32,000 bases of DNA from Trichodesmium erythraeum IMS101 (GTDB lineage: Bacteria; Cyanobacteriota; Cyanobacteriia; Cyanobacteriales; Microcoleaceae), in the NCBI RefSeq assembly GCF_000014265.1, contig NC_008312.1, positions 3,960,001 to 3,992,000 of the forward strand. Reading direction: 5' to 3'. Positions 1 to 9,051 of the stretch are shown in pieces (positions within the stretch are counted from its first letter, which is position 1; the number at the start of each line of letters is the position of its first letter). Both the position numbers and the translations under genes were made by a program. Under the pieces are notes generated by a model. That model searched no databases. It was not told the DNA's origin and saw only the letters and a program-made list of their open reading frames with translations.

Positions 1-535
1 TATAGATGTTGGTATTATAGATTGTTTTATTATTTCTAACAATGAATCATTTGCAGCTCCTAAATACCTGATAAAGGCCGAATAAAAAAATCAAGTTAAC
101 ACAAAGGAAAGTGTCTATAATCAAGAAAGGTTATAAACCTAGATAAAAGGTCATTAAAAAGTTAGCTAATAAACATATAAAAGTTGCTGATACCAGAAAA
201 ATTTTTCACTTAAAAAATGCTAATAATTTGTTATATAAATATGACATTATTGCAGTAGAAAAGCTAAATATAAAAGATATGTCTAAATCTAGATTAGCTA
301 AATATATATATGATGCATGATGGGGAAATTTCAAGACTATTTTAAACTAACAAAGCCGAAAAAGCTCGTCAGTTAGTTGTAGAAATTAAACCTCATGGAA
401 TGTTAACTGAATGCAGTAATTGTGGGCATCAAGTCAAAAAAACTTTAGCTCAAAGACAGCACCAATTTCCTAACTGTAACTTATCAATTAGTAGAGACTT
501 AAATACTGCAATTAACATCAAAAATAGAGCCAAAG
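1..535 (+). pseudogene. tnpB: Degraded IS200/IS605-family TnpB (OrfB) RNA-guided nuclease gene, 5' end outside the window
   Basis: Reading across three frames recovers the TnpB motif order. These are IDVGI (RuvC-I Asp), [50 protein letters not shown] (RuvC-II Glu), the CSNCGH...CPNCN zinc finger, and SRDLNTAINI (RuvC-III Asp). Many in-frame stops and frameshifts interrupt it; only the last 72 codons (400-618) remain open. Confidence 0.75.
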
Positions 536-720
536 TATTGATTAAATACTTGCTGCCACAAATCAAACTTAAATCATATAAAGGTTTGAGCCTATTCGCG
601 CATCAATTTGAGAGGTAGGGCATTCCTTGTTAGCTCAGTTTATGTCTATATATTAGAGTTGCTGAGAAGCCCGCTTTGTAGCTTGTCTCAAAGTTTGGAG
701 TATGTCACGGAAAAATATTC
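1..720 (+). mobile_element. Remnant of an IS605-family element: tnpB pseudogene plus probable right-end / omega-RNA region
   Basis: The sequence after the tnpB 3' end (about 536-720) ends in gagaagcccgctttgtagc...gtttggagtatgtcac. This resembles the gaa(t/g)cccc...-type tails seen after cyanobacterial tnpB genes. No tnpA is visible. Confidence 0.4.
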
Positions 721-1228
721 CTTTTTCATGACTTCTCAAATCTCAGGAATTCCAATGCCATTGACTTACATAAGCCGTTGGTTTAGGTTAAACCCAAAAA
801 CTGTTACCCTGCTTGAGGTATTGTTTTCTACTCGGTAGTATCGGTTATTCAAGTGTGAACACTTTGGTTTGAGTTGTAAGGCAAGACTTAAATGCTTGTT
901 GAAATATAACAATGAAGTTCAGTTTTACAGTCCGTGTCAGGGGAGCTGGATCAGATTGATGTGGCGAGTCTTAGGGAGCGTCTTCAAAGACTTATGTAGA
1001 TAATAATCATAGGTTTTTCCAAACGGAGAGTTGACCTTTTCCTGATACAAACCTCAGAGATCCATAAGCTAATACACCTATCCCAACCCACCCTCGTCAC
1101 TTTCCGGGGGAGGATATTTAGGAGTTGGTTACCTTTTCTTCAGCATCCATTTTTGGTCTCGGACTGCCCGTCCACGACTAATTAATCAACAAAATAATAG
1201 TATTTGTATTGTCTTCAAAAAAATAACT

Positions 1229-1254
1229 AAAAAAAATCGCCCTAAAAGGGCGAG
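1229..1254 (-). terminator. Rho-independent terminator of petE
   Basis: On the minus strand a 7-bp GC-rich stem (tcgccct / agggcga, 3-nt loop) is followed by a run of 8 T. It lies 46 nt downstream of the petE stop. Confidence 0.7.
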
Positions 1255-1299
1255 GTATTAAACTCAATTTTTCAGTAATGTACAAGTTAAGTTCTGCTA

Positions 1300-1701
1300 T
1301 TATTTTACAATCATATGACCAACCATTCCGGCACCACGGTGAGGAGTACAGAAGAACTCATAATCACCAGCCGTAGCATCTGCTGGGATACTTATATCAA
1401 AGCTTTCTCCAGTTTTATATGCCAATTCTTTGTGGGAAAGTGCTTTAGACAGATCTGCATTTGGTGATTTAGCAGGATTAAAAATTACATTATGAGGTTG
1501 AAGCATACCATTCTTGAATGTAACTGTATCACCTGGTTGAACAGTTACTTTCTTCGGAGCAAATTGTAGCCCACCAGCACCCATTGTTACTTTATAGTTT
1601 GCTGCTTCTGCTGGACTAGAGAATACTAGACTACTGATAACTAGCATTACTACGGAAGCTAGTATTGCTATAGACTTAGACAATGAGGAAATCTTACTCA
1701 T
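1300..1701 (-). CDS. petE: Plastocyanin precursor
   Basis: 133 aa with a signal peptide ending ...SSPAEA|ANYKV. Type-1 copper ligands are present: His in PHNV and Cys-x2-His-x4-Met in FFCTPHRGAGMVGH. There is close overall resemblance to cyanobacterial plastocyanins, and an AGGGG Shine-Dalgarno lies upstream of the ATG. Confidence 0.93.
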   Translation of the reverse strand: MSKISSLSKSIAILASVVMLVISSLVFSSPAEAANYKVTMGAGGLQFAPKKVTVQPGDTVTFKNGMLQPHNVIFNPAKSPNADLSKALSHKELAYKTGESFDISIPADATAGDYEFFCTPHRGAGMVGHMIVK

Positions 1702-1844
1702 CTTTAACCCCTATTTTTTTAAATTATTCTGTATTTGTACTATGTATTATATAATAACAAGACAAATCGTCATACCTAAATAATTTACTATAAATAATCG
1801 GGAATTTTCAACTAGGCCAAACTAAAATCGAAAAATTAAAAATT
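1702..1844. promoter_or_regulatory. Divergent petE / petR-petP control region with clustered TGTA half-sites
   Basis: 143-bp AT-rich spacer between divergent starts. Positions 1730-1748 read TGTATT-TGTACTA-TGTATT, three direct TGTA half-sites. BlaI/CopY-family operators are built from TACA/TGTA elements, but no perfect TACAnnTGTA dyad is present. Confidence 0.3.
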
Positions 1845-2267
1845 ATGAGTCCTCTACCTAATCACCGTCCACAACAAATGTCCCTTGGCCCTTTGGAAAC
1901 AGAAATTTTGAATATTGTTTGGGACTTAGGTTGTGCCACAGTCAAAGAGGTACAAGAAATTATTCTAGCTGACCCTGAGCGAGAGTTAGCTTATACTTCA
2001 GTAACCACTGTACTACGTCGCCTAACTCAAAAAGGTTGGTTAGTCTGTGATGCAAGTGAGCGTGCCTTTGTGTGGCGACCTTTGATTTCTCGTACTGAAG
2101 CCAAAATCTTGAAAGCCCACCAACAATTAAATCAATTTCTGGCAGTAGGAAATCCTGATGTGGTAGCCGCTTTTGCGGATAGTTTAGACTCTGCCAGTAT
2201 AGACCAAATAGAGGAGATAGCCGAGAAGCTAAAAGCTATACGCAAAGCTAGGGAGGAGAAAAAATAA
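1845..2267 (+). CDS. petR: BlaI/MecI/CopY-family winged-helix repressor (PetR-like)
   Basis: 140 aa. The N-terminal winged-helix pattern LGPLETEILNIVW...ATVKEVQEII...LAYTSVTTVLRRLTQKGWL is typical of Penicillinase_R repressors. The gene is translationally coupled to the M56 protease gene and divergent from petE. Confidence 0.8.
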   Translation: MSPLPNHRPQQMSLGPLETEILNIVWDLGCATVKEVQEIILADPERELAYTSVTTVLRRLTQKGWLVCDASERAFVWRPLISRTEAKILKAHQQLNQFLAVGNPDVVAAFADSLDSASIDQIEEIAEKLKAIRKAREEKK

Positions 2268-3112
2268 TGCACCTAATTATTATATTTTTAGTTCTAGGTT
2301 TAGCTTATAGCCTCAGAACTGTGGATTTTTTTATTTCCCCTCATTGGTTAGTCCGTTGGCAGCGGTCTTTACTATTATTTGTTTCTTCTCCCCTATTACT
2401 TATTGCAACAGCTATTGCAGTCATTTGTATGGGGCCTCAAGGGGAAATGCTGGGATTATCAACTGGATGGATTAGTTATATAATAGCCTGGAGCTTTTGT
2501 GGATGGATAGCTATTTTGGGTTTGGTTTTAGGCTATCAAGGTTGGCGGTCTATACAAAAGGTTAATGATTATCCTCAAATAAATATTAAAGGTAAATCTG
2601 TATTTTTGCTTGATAATCCAATTTTATTTAGTGCTCAAATAGGCTTTTGGAATTCTAAGTTAGTTGTTAGTAAAGGGCTTATAGAAAGGTTAAGTTCTGA
2701 TCAAATTTATGCAGTTTTGAATCACGAACAAGCTCATTATTATTATCGAGATACTTTTTGGTTTTTTTGGTTAGGTTGGTTAGGGAAAATAGTTCCTTTC
2801 CTACCAAATACTAAAGCTTTGTGGGATGAACTTTTGACACTGCGAGAAATTCGTGCGGACCAGTGGGCAAAAAAACAAGTTGATGGGTTGTTGTTGGCGG
2901 AGATTTTGTTATTAATGGTAAGCGATCGCCTGACTCAACCAACTAACTTTTATGCAGCATTTAGTTGTACAACTCCCCCTAACCGTTTGACAGAAAGAAT
3001 TGATGCCCTATTAGCAGAAACAGATTTTTCTATTCAAGGAAATAATTACTGGTTTTGGAGTTGGATATTATTAAATTTTTTCCCTTTAATTACTATGTTA
3101 TTTCATCAGTAG
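2267..3112 (+). CDS. petP: BlaR1-type M56 membrane zinc metalloprotease lacking a sensor domain (PetP-like)
   Basis: 281 aa with several hydrophobic helices and the HExxH motif (NHEQAHYYYRD). There is no C-terminal penicillin-binding sensor domain. The start overlaps the petR stop (TAATG). Confidence 0.8.
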   Translation: MHLIIIFLVLGLAYSLRTVDFFISPHWLVRWQRSLLLFVSSPLLLIATAIAVICMGPQGEMLGLSTGWISYIIAWSFCGWIAILGLVLGYQGWRSIQKVNDYPQINIKGKSVFLLDNPILFSAQIGFWNSKLVVSKGLIERLSSDQIYAVLNHEQAHYYYRDTFWFFWLGWLGKIVPFLPNTKALWDELLTLREIRADQWAKKQVDGLLLAEILLLMVSDRLTQPTNFYAAFSCTTPPNRLTERIDALLAETDFSIQGNNYWFWSWILLNFFPLITMLFHQ

Positions 3113-3238
3113 AAAAGGGAATATGACTTATGAATAGATTTTCAGGATAAAAATACCTTAGATATAGTACTTTAGTTTTCTTCTTCCTATTCTCTTTTAC
3201 CAGATGAACTATTCGCTAAAAACACAAAATTATCTACT

Positions 3239-3814
3239 TTATTTATTTGATAAATGCTTAATATAGTCTACAGCTAAAACTTTTTTTTGTCTTTTCTGGT
3301 GCTGTAAGTTGTGCATATGTTCAAATAATTTCCAACAGTATTCTTGAGAAAGTCCACAAGTTATTGCACCTCGAAGTACAACGTTAAAATACCAATCATT
3401 AGGAGCTAATTCCTGGGATAATTTATCTACAACTACATAAGTAATTACTTTACTATATAATTTGCCTTGGCTATAAACTTCAACTGTTTCTGGTCGATAA
3501 CCACCGCAGTGAATTTGTTTAACAAAATCAAATTTAACAGTCTCTCTTTCATCAAGGCGATCGCGTAACCTCAAAGGTAAACTATAAAGTACTCCTTCCA
3601 CAGTTGAATTTGGATCTTTGACTACATCTAATGCTCCACAATTACGCTTTTGTAAATAATTATAAAATCCAATTCTGTACCCTTTAAGTTTCCCAGGACC
3701 AATAATATAGGGATGAGTATTTTCACCCAAAGTTCGTTTTAAATCTACAGGACACATACAAGAACCATAAGCAAAATAGTAAAACTTTTTCTCTGTAGAA
3801 ATTAGCTTGTTCAT
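3239..3814 (-). CDS. Gamma-glutamylcyclotransferase / AIG2-like family protein
   Basis: 191 aa. The N-terminal YFAYGSCM matches the YFAYGSNM signature of the GGCT fold. It contains a HIP1 site. Confidence 0.6.
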   Translation of the reverse strand: MNKLISTEKKFYYFAYGSCMCPVDLKRTLGENTHPYIIGPGKLKGYRIGFYNYLQKRNCGALDVVKDPNSTVEGVLYSLPLRLRDRLDERETVKFDFVKQIHCGGYRPETVEVYSQGKLYSKVITYVVVDKLSQELAPNDWYFNVVLRGAITCGLSQEYCWKLFEHMHNLQHQKRQKKVLAVDYIKHLSNK

Positions 3815-4371
3815 CTTGGCTATTAAGGAATGATAATTTAAGAAATATATATGTAGTGTTTCCAGAAATATTTATAGCAAATAGCAAGTATATCAGGTAT
3901 AAACATTAATTAAGCAGGTAAACAAAATAAATTACACATAGTTGAAATTCTAGGAAATTCTTATTGTGTAAACATAGCTATTTGTAAATAATGTTGTAAA
4001 TAATTTTGTGTAGCTGCTTATTCCTGTCTTTTAGACAACTTGCTACTCACTAGTATACTTTACTGAAATGAAACACATACTTTATACCAGTAACAATTAC
4101 TTGTTAATATTATCTAAACTCATACTGACACGATTATCAGTGATAAATATTACAGTTTTATTTCTTTAACTACTTAATGGAAAAAAGAGTAGAGAGTATC
4201 TTATTCTGTGAAAAAATACCCCCTATATATAGCATATATAGCACTTAGTATTATGATTATGTTTTTTTAATACCCACTGTGGAAAAAATTTAGGGAATTG
4301 AGAATAAATAGCAATTAAATTGAGAAAAGCATTTTTATTATGCTTAATTGATGAGACTTAATATTACCGTT

Positions 4372-4678
4372 GTAGCTGAGGTTATATTATGGGTGATAAC
4401 AAGATATCTCTACTACAAAAACTTTACTATTTACACCTTGTAAATCTAATTTTTGATAGGATGCTATATCTTTAACAACTTTACACAAGATCTGAAAAAT
4501 TTATTCGGTACAACCAATGAGGAAGAGACCTGATATTATCACAGTAGCTGAGGTAAACATTATTGAAACGGTAAGACAACTGCACTACAAAAGATTTACT
4601 ATTTACACCTTGTAAACCTAATTTTTGATAGGATGCTGTAGCCTTAATATTTTAACACAAGATCTAAAACTTTATTCC
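4372..4678. repeat. Tandem duplication (period 172 bp) of the aldo/keto reductase 3' end plus 3' flank
   Basis: Copy 1 (4372-4506) and copy 2 (4544-4678) are clearly alignable by eye: gtagctgagg...ctacaaaa(a/g)(c/a)tttactatttacaccttgtaaa(t/c)ctaatttttgataggatgct...acacaagatct(g/a)aaa. Copy 2 runs into the real stop codon at 4672-4674. Copy 1 is followed by a degenerate version of the last codons. Confidence 0.8.
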
Positions 4679-5787
4679 CACAATCGACGACCAGATACAC
4701 CCTTAAACCTTTCATGGGTATCTTTCAACAAATTTGGTATATCCAATTTTTCCGGACATCTAGGTAAACACTCACCACACTCAGTACATCGGTTACCTTT
4801 CTTACCAGGAAACCAATGACCAGCATTTTCAAACATTCCGTATCGATATTTAGCAAAATCTATCATATCATAAGCTATCCCCAAATTCCTTAATCTTAGA
4901 ATTTCTGGAATCTGAATATCTTCTGGACAAGGTAAACAAGCATAACATTGGCTACATTTTTCCGTTCCCAAGCGCTTTAAAGCTTGGTTTTCTAAACGCT
5001 GAAATATTTCTGTTTCCTGAGAGCTTAGAGGTTCTATGCGATCGCTCATAGTCAAAGGCCATTCTAATTCTTGTGGCCTAGCAGCACCCAAGCTCAAAGT
5101 TGTAATTCTAGGATCACTTAATAAAAAACGATAATTTAATTCCAGTGGCAGAAAAGGCTGACACAACTTCTGAAGATTAGGAGGTGGTGTATATAATTGT
5201 CCACCTTTATCTCCTGGAGAAATAATAAAAATGCCCATATCTTTCTGGTGGGCTAACTCGACTGCAGGAGCATGACGTTGGAAAAAGTAGTAGTAATGTA
5301 AATTAATAAATTCAAAAAAATCTGTATTAATGGTTGCTAAAATTACCTCTAAAGGCCCATGAGTTGAAAAGCCAATATGTCGGACTCGCCCATCACTAAT
5401 TACTTTATGAAGGGCTCTTATCCCATAAAGAGTAGTTTCTAAATGTTTCCAGGTATTAATGCCATGAATAGCTAGAAAGTCTAAATAGTCAATATTGAGA
5501 TTTTTCAATGATTCATCTATGGAACTTTCTATCAGACTGACATCTTGTGTCGGCGTAATTTTCGTTGTTATATAAAGTTGATCACGCCGCAACCCAGAGG
5601 CCAAGGCTGTGCCCAGATACTTTTCACTTTGACCATAACCCCTAGCTGTTTCTATATGATTAATTCCCATTTTCACAGCTTGTTGTATTGTTTGAATAGC
5701 ATTTTCCTGAGATACCAAATATCGCATAGTACCCAAGGAAAATACTGAGAGATTGAAATTAGTTTTGCCAAACCTGCGGTAATACAC
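4672..5787 (-). CDS. Aldo/keto reductase with C-terminal 4Fe-4S cluster-binding domain (COG1453-type)
   Basis: 371 aa. The N-terminal AKR barrel carries GINHIETARGYGQSE and HGI motifs. The C-terminal region has two Cys clusters, CSQCYACLPCP and CTECGECLPRCP. Confidence 0.8.
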   Translation of the reverse strand: MYYRRFGKTNFNLSVFSLGTMRYLVSQENAIQTIQQAVKMGINHIETARGYGQSEKYLGTALASGLRRDQLYITTKITPTQDVSLIESSIDESLKNLNIDYLDFLAIHGINTWKHLETTLYGIRALHKVISDGRVRHIGFSTHGPLEVILATINTDFFEFINLHYYYFFQRHAPAVELAHQKDMGIFIISPGDKGGQLYTPPPNLQKLCQPFLPLELNYRFLLSDPRITTLSLGAARPQELEWPLTMSDRIEPLSSQETEIFQRLENQALKRLGTEKCSQCYACLPCPEDIQIPEILRLRNLGIAYDMIDFAKYRYGMFENAGHWFPGKKGNRCTECGECLPRCPEKLDIPNLLKDTHERFKGVSGRRLWE

Positions 5788-6098
5788 CTGTATATTTTAA
5801 AATCTTTAACGCCATCCCCGGCTCTTAGACATGGGAAAACAACTGAGCCCTAAGCTCTATGTTTTTATGTCATTAATGTTATTATGACATTCCTCTAGTA
5901 CAGAGAATTTTAGCAACGTTTCATGGAGTTTTTGGCTCCAACTTTTAAGAAGGATGAAAACTGTAATTAACTTGCCATAAAAATACCTACCATCATGCTA
6001 AAACTAAAAATCTCAAATAGGCTGTTCAAATTCTTTCTTAGGGAAATAAATATTTTTTTGAATTTTAGTTTTTGGATTTCAACTTCTGTAAAGTAATA

Positions 6099-6605
6099 TC
6101 AAGACAGTTCACCAGTACTAGATCCACCACGTTTGATCAAATCTTCAGGGCGAAGTTTTGACACAAAATCCCGAAATGCTTGCCTTTCAGCTTCATCTGC
6201 ATCTCGGTCTACGGGGATCGAGGCATCTGCTATTACTTCTTCCATGACCCAAATTGGGCTATTTGTACGCAAGGCAATAGAGATAGCATCACTGGGCCGG
6301 GCATCAATTTCTTTTTTAGTTTCTCCTTGCTTCACAATTAGCACTGCATAGAATGTATTATCTTGCAATGAGTGAATTACCACCTTTTCTAGAACTCCAT
6401 TGAGTGAATCTAGAATATTGACAGTAAGGTCATGAGTCAATGGACGTGGTGGTAGATGGTTTTCCAGGGCACTAATAATTGCCTTGGCCTGATCTTGACC
6501 TATATAAATAGGCAACGCACGTCGCTCTGTACTATCTCTTAACAACACAATTGGATTACGTGTTGCTGCATCCAATGCTATTCCAGCGACTTTCATTTCA
6601 ATCAT
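6099..6605 (-). CDS. Bifunctional nuclease family protein (DUF151/BFN domain)
   Basis: 168 aa. MKVAGIALDAATRNPIVLLRD...RALPIYIGQDQAKAI...RPLTHDL...IDARPSDAIALA-like pattern is characteristic of BFN-domain proteins. Confidence 0.8.
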   Translation of the reverse strand: MIEMKVAGIALDAATRNPIVLLRDSTERRALPIYIGQDQAKAIISALENHLPPRPLTHDLTVNILDSLNGVLEKVVIHSLQDNTFYAVLIVKQGETKKEIDARPSDAISIALRTNSPIWVMEEVIADASIPVDRDADEAERQAFRDFVSKLRPEDLIKRGGSSTGELS

Positions 6606-6896
6606 AGGCTCGGCCTCATCTTATAAATTATTTTTATTATTTTTGTCAAACTATATAGGATATGAATAATTCTAAGTAAGAAAGAATTGAATGTTAGTGT
6701 GCCCTGATCTTTACCTAATATAAGTTATTTTCACATTTATTTATTATTTTTATCTTTTAAGGTATGGTATCTGCCTTGACTAATAGCAAACCAAAGGTTA
6801 ATACCATCTTATCTTTAAGCTATATGTTGTTGCAACTGCTCTAAAAATTTAACTAAACTTTAATTAATTAATTAATCATAGGGAAAAACAAAAACA

Positions 6897-7622
6897 GTGT
6901 TTACAGGATTAGTTCAAACTTTAGGAAAAATTAAACTTTTAGAAGAAAGCCAAATTTTAGTTTCTCTAGCATCATCTAGCAATAGCAAAATTATTTTAGA
7001 AGATTTGGCCATTGGTGATAGTGTAGCTGTAGACGGTGTTTGTCTAACAGTAATAAATATTTTAACCCAAGGATTTTTAGCGATCGTATCACCAGAGACT
7101 TTACAACGTAGTACACTAGGTCAACTTTCGGATAGGTATGTTAATCTTGAAACTTCATTAAGAGCAGGCAGTAAATTAGGAGGCCATTTTGTGACGGGTC
7201 ATATTGACGGGGTTGGATGCTTAGAAACCTCTGTTAAAACTATTAATGCCTGGGACATGAAATTTACAGCTCCACACAAAACATATGAAAGCTGGGAATG
7301 TCAGATTGCACCGTATATTGTACCTAAAGGAAGTATAGCAGTTAATGGTATCAGTTTGACTGTAGCTGATTGTGATCGGGATGGCAACTGGTTTCAGGTA
7401 GCAGTTATTCCTCATAGTTTTAATGAAACAAACTTGAGTCATTTAAAACCAGGTAGTTTAGTAAATATTGAGGCAGATATTTTGGGTAAATATGTAGCTA
7501 AGTTTCTCCGTCATGGGTCTAATAATTATTCAGTTTTACCACCTGCTTTAACAGTAACTTCTCCTGTTAATAATTTAAAAGATATTACACCTGATTTTTT
7601 GGCAGAAAATGGTTTTATTTAA
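6897..7622 (+). CDS. ribE: Riboflavin synthase alpha chain
   Basis: GTG start. The N-terminus MFTGLVQTLGKI is canonical, and there are two lumazine-binding repeats (GDSVAVDGVCLTV and GSIAVNGISLTV). About 30 extra C-terminal residues relative to typical enzymes. Confidence 0.9.
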   Translation: MFTGLVQTLGKIKLLEESQILVSLASSSNSKIILEDLAIGDSVAVDGVCLTVINILTQGFLAIVSPETLQRSTLGQLSDRYVNLETSLRAGSKLGGHFVTGHIDGVGCLETSVKTINAWDMKFTAPHKTYESWECQIAPYIVPKGSIAVNGISLTVADCDRDGNWFQVAVIPHSFNETNLSHLKPGSLVNIEADILGKYVAKFLRHGSNNYSVLPPALTVTSPVNNLKDITPDFLAENGFI

Positions 7623-8361
7623 TTTAAGGTAATAAATAGGGAGTAGGAAATAGGGAAAAATAGAAAGCAGGAAAAAATAGGAAAAGTCAAGAAATAAGTG
7701 TAAATAAAATTAAGCACCTACACAAAATCATTTAGGGTTGGCTGAAATTTGTCTTATGGGTGAGGGTAGAAGATGCAAAGGCACTGAATTAGGATAAATA
7801 TAAATGATAAAGGATGTAGTCGAAATTATTTTCCCTCAATTTTTCTGCCCGACCTACTTCAAAATCATTAATTTTGAGTTGATGAGAGCAAAAAGCTTGT
7901 AGCAAAGGTGCTGATATTTAAAGGCTAAAGTATTTATCTGTAAATGCTTTCAGGTTTTTAATATAGTCAATGGGTGAATTTCGCCCCTTCATCTCTCCTT
8001 CAAGCTCCGTATGTAAGAGCTTCGCGCCTTATACGGCTGCTGATACTGGATAACTTCTATAATATTAAACTTGGTTATCAGTTACATAGGAAAGCTTGGG
8101 GTTTTATATCTAAACTTAGAAACAAAAGCTGTAATTGGGGAAAGTCTTTATAGTTAGGAATAGAGCAAGTACTTGCTAGTGCTTTCTTAGAAAATCAAAG
8201 GTCTGTTTAAATTGTGGAAAAAATAGGATTAAAAATTGAAGGAAGTTTAGTTAATTCCCAGTCTCAGAAAGCAAGTTTTAAATATACTTTGATTAAAGAA
8301 GATTTTATTATAAAAATCAAAGAAGAAAGAGTAAATAAAAAAGATTGACTAATCTCTTTTT

Positions 8362-8529
8362 TATACTTTATTTGTAATCAAAAATAATTAAATTATCATG
8401 TAAATACCTATTTTATTCAAAAATAATCTAGTAAATTTAAGTCTTAAAACTAATTATTGAAAAAAAACATGAGTAAGACTGACTCTAAGCTAGCCCTGTA
8501 GGTGCAAGATCCAGACAAAATAATTGCTA
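8362..8529 (+). repeat. Degenerate copy A of the promoter/5' end of the PRPX-like gene (direct repeat with 11514-11683)
   Basis: About 168 bp aligns with 11514-11683 at an estimated 80-85% identity. In copy A the ATG context is lost (actaattattg versus actaatgattg) and the Trp codon is a stop (ctgtaggtg versus ctgtgggta). Confidence 0.85.
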
Positions 8530-9017
8530 TAGCCCAGGTTGCAGCATCATGTGCCAAATCTTCGGTCTCAACTCTACTGCACCGAGTGCTGTGCCGTTAG
8601 CCACACTCAAACAGTCATAGTTGGCTGCACTCAGCACTCGCATTCTACAGGGAAAAGGAGCTACCCCCAGGGAAGCGCTACTTAAACAAAAGTTAAAAAA
8701 GTGTTGTGGCTGGGGAAGTACAGAACTCGGGGAAATAACTTGATGATTCATGAATGCCCCTGATCGACAATTCAACACCATTCTTGTTCGGGAAACTACT
8801 GAGCAGTTTCTTCACTCAAAAAGCCGTGGTTAGGAAAGGTGGTTTCAATTGCTCTGTGAATTTTCTGCTCTGCCCACAAGTCAGAGGCAGTGAGCCAAGT
8901 TCCGTCAGCTTTGGCAGAAGGTTGTACTTGTCCTGTTTCTGCTATTAGAGGGCTTCCTACCCGACTAGTTGTGGTTTCAGCGAAGTTGACTACCTTTGTC
9001 GAAAAGTCTTTCCTCAT
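8527..9017 (-). pseudogene. Inositol monophosphatase / CysQ-family phosphatase, frameshifted and 3'-truncated
   Basis: The N-terminal ORF (8796-9017) reads ...KADGTWLTASDLWAEQKIHRAIETTFPNHGFLSEE. The WxIDPxDGT-equivalent lies in another frame (WC*IVDQG). The C-terminal piece (8527-8781) reads RVLSAANYDCLSVANGTALGAVELRPKIW. The reading frame ends exactly at the repeat junction. Confidence 0.7.
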
Positions 9018-9051
9018 AAACCTTTTTTACTTATAATTTTGGCTCAGTTGC

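Noticed and set aside
608-838. 76-aa ORF after the tnpB remnant. Similar short ORFs lie at 4625-4819, 5545-5748, 6133-6351, 7221-7442, 11973-12164, 13246-13434, 17377-17589, 19618-19836, 21300-21485, 21511-21702, 27366-27566 and 30777-30980.
   Set aside because: They lie antisense to, or out of frame within, well-supported genes or IS debris. They have no recognisable motifs or start signals. These are shadow ORFs expected in AT-rich DNA.
1107-1122. 12-mer gggggaggatat shared in inverse orientation with 24506-24517
   Set aside because: The flanks do not align, and many chance 12-mer matches are expected in 32 kb read on both strands.
840-1200. Possible IS630-like transposase HTH fragment (…SGELDQIDVASLRERLQRL… / …SEIHKLIHLSQPTLVTFRG…)
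   Set aside because: There is only a vague helix-turn-helix resemblance, broken by stops. This is too weak to call without a database search.
4672-5787. Aldo/keto reductase fused to a ferredoxin-like domain as a novel fusion
   Set aside because: This architecture is a known, widespread family (COG1453-type predicted oxidoreductases).
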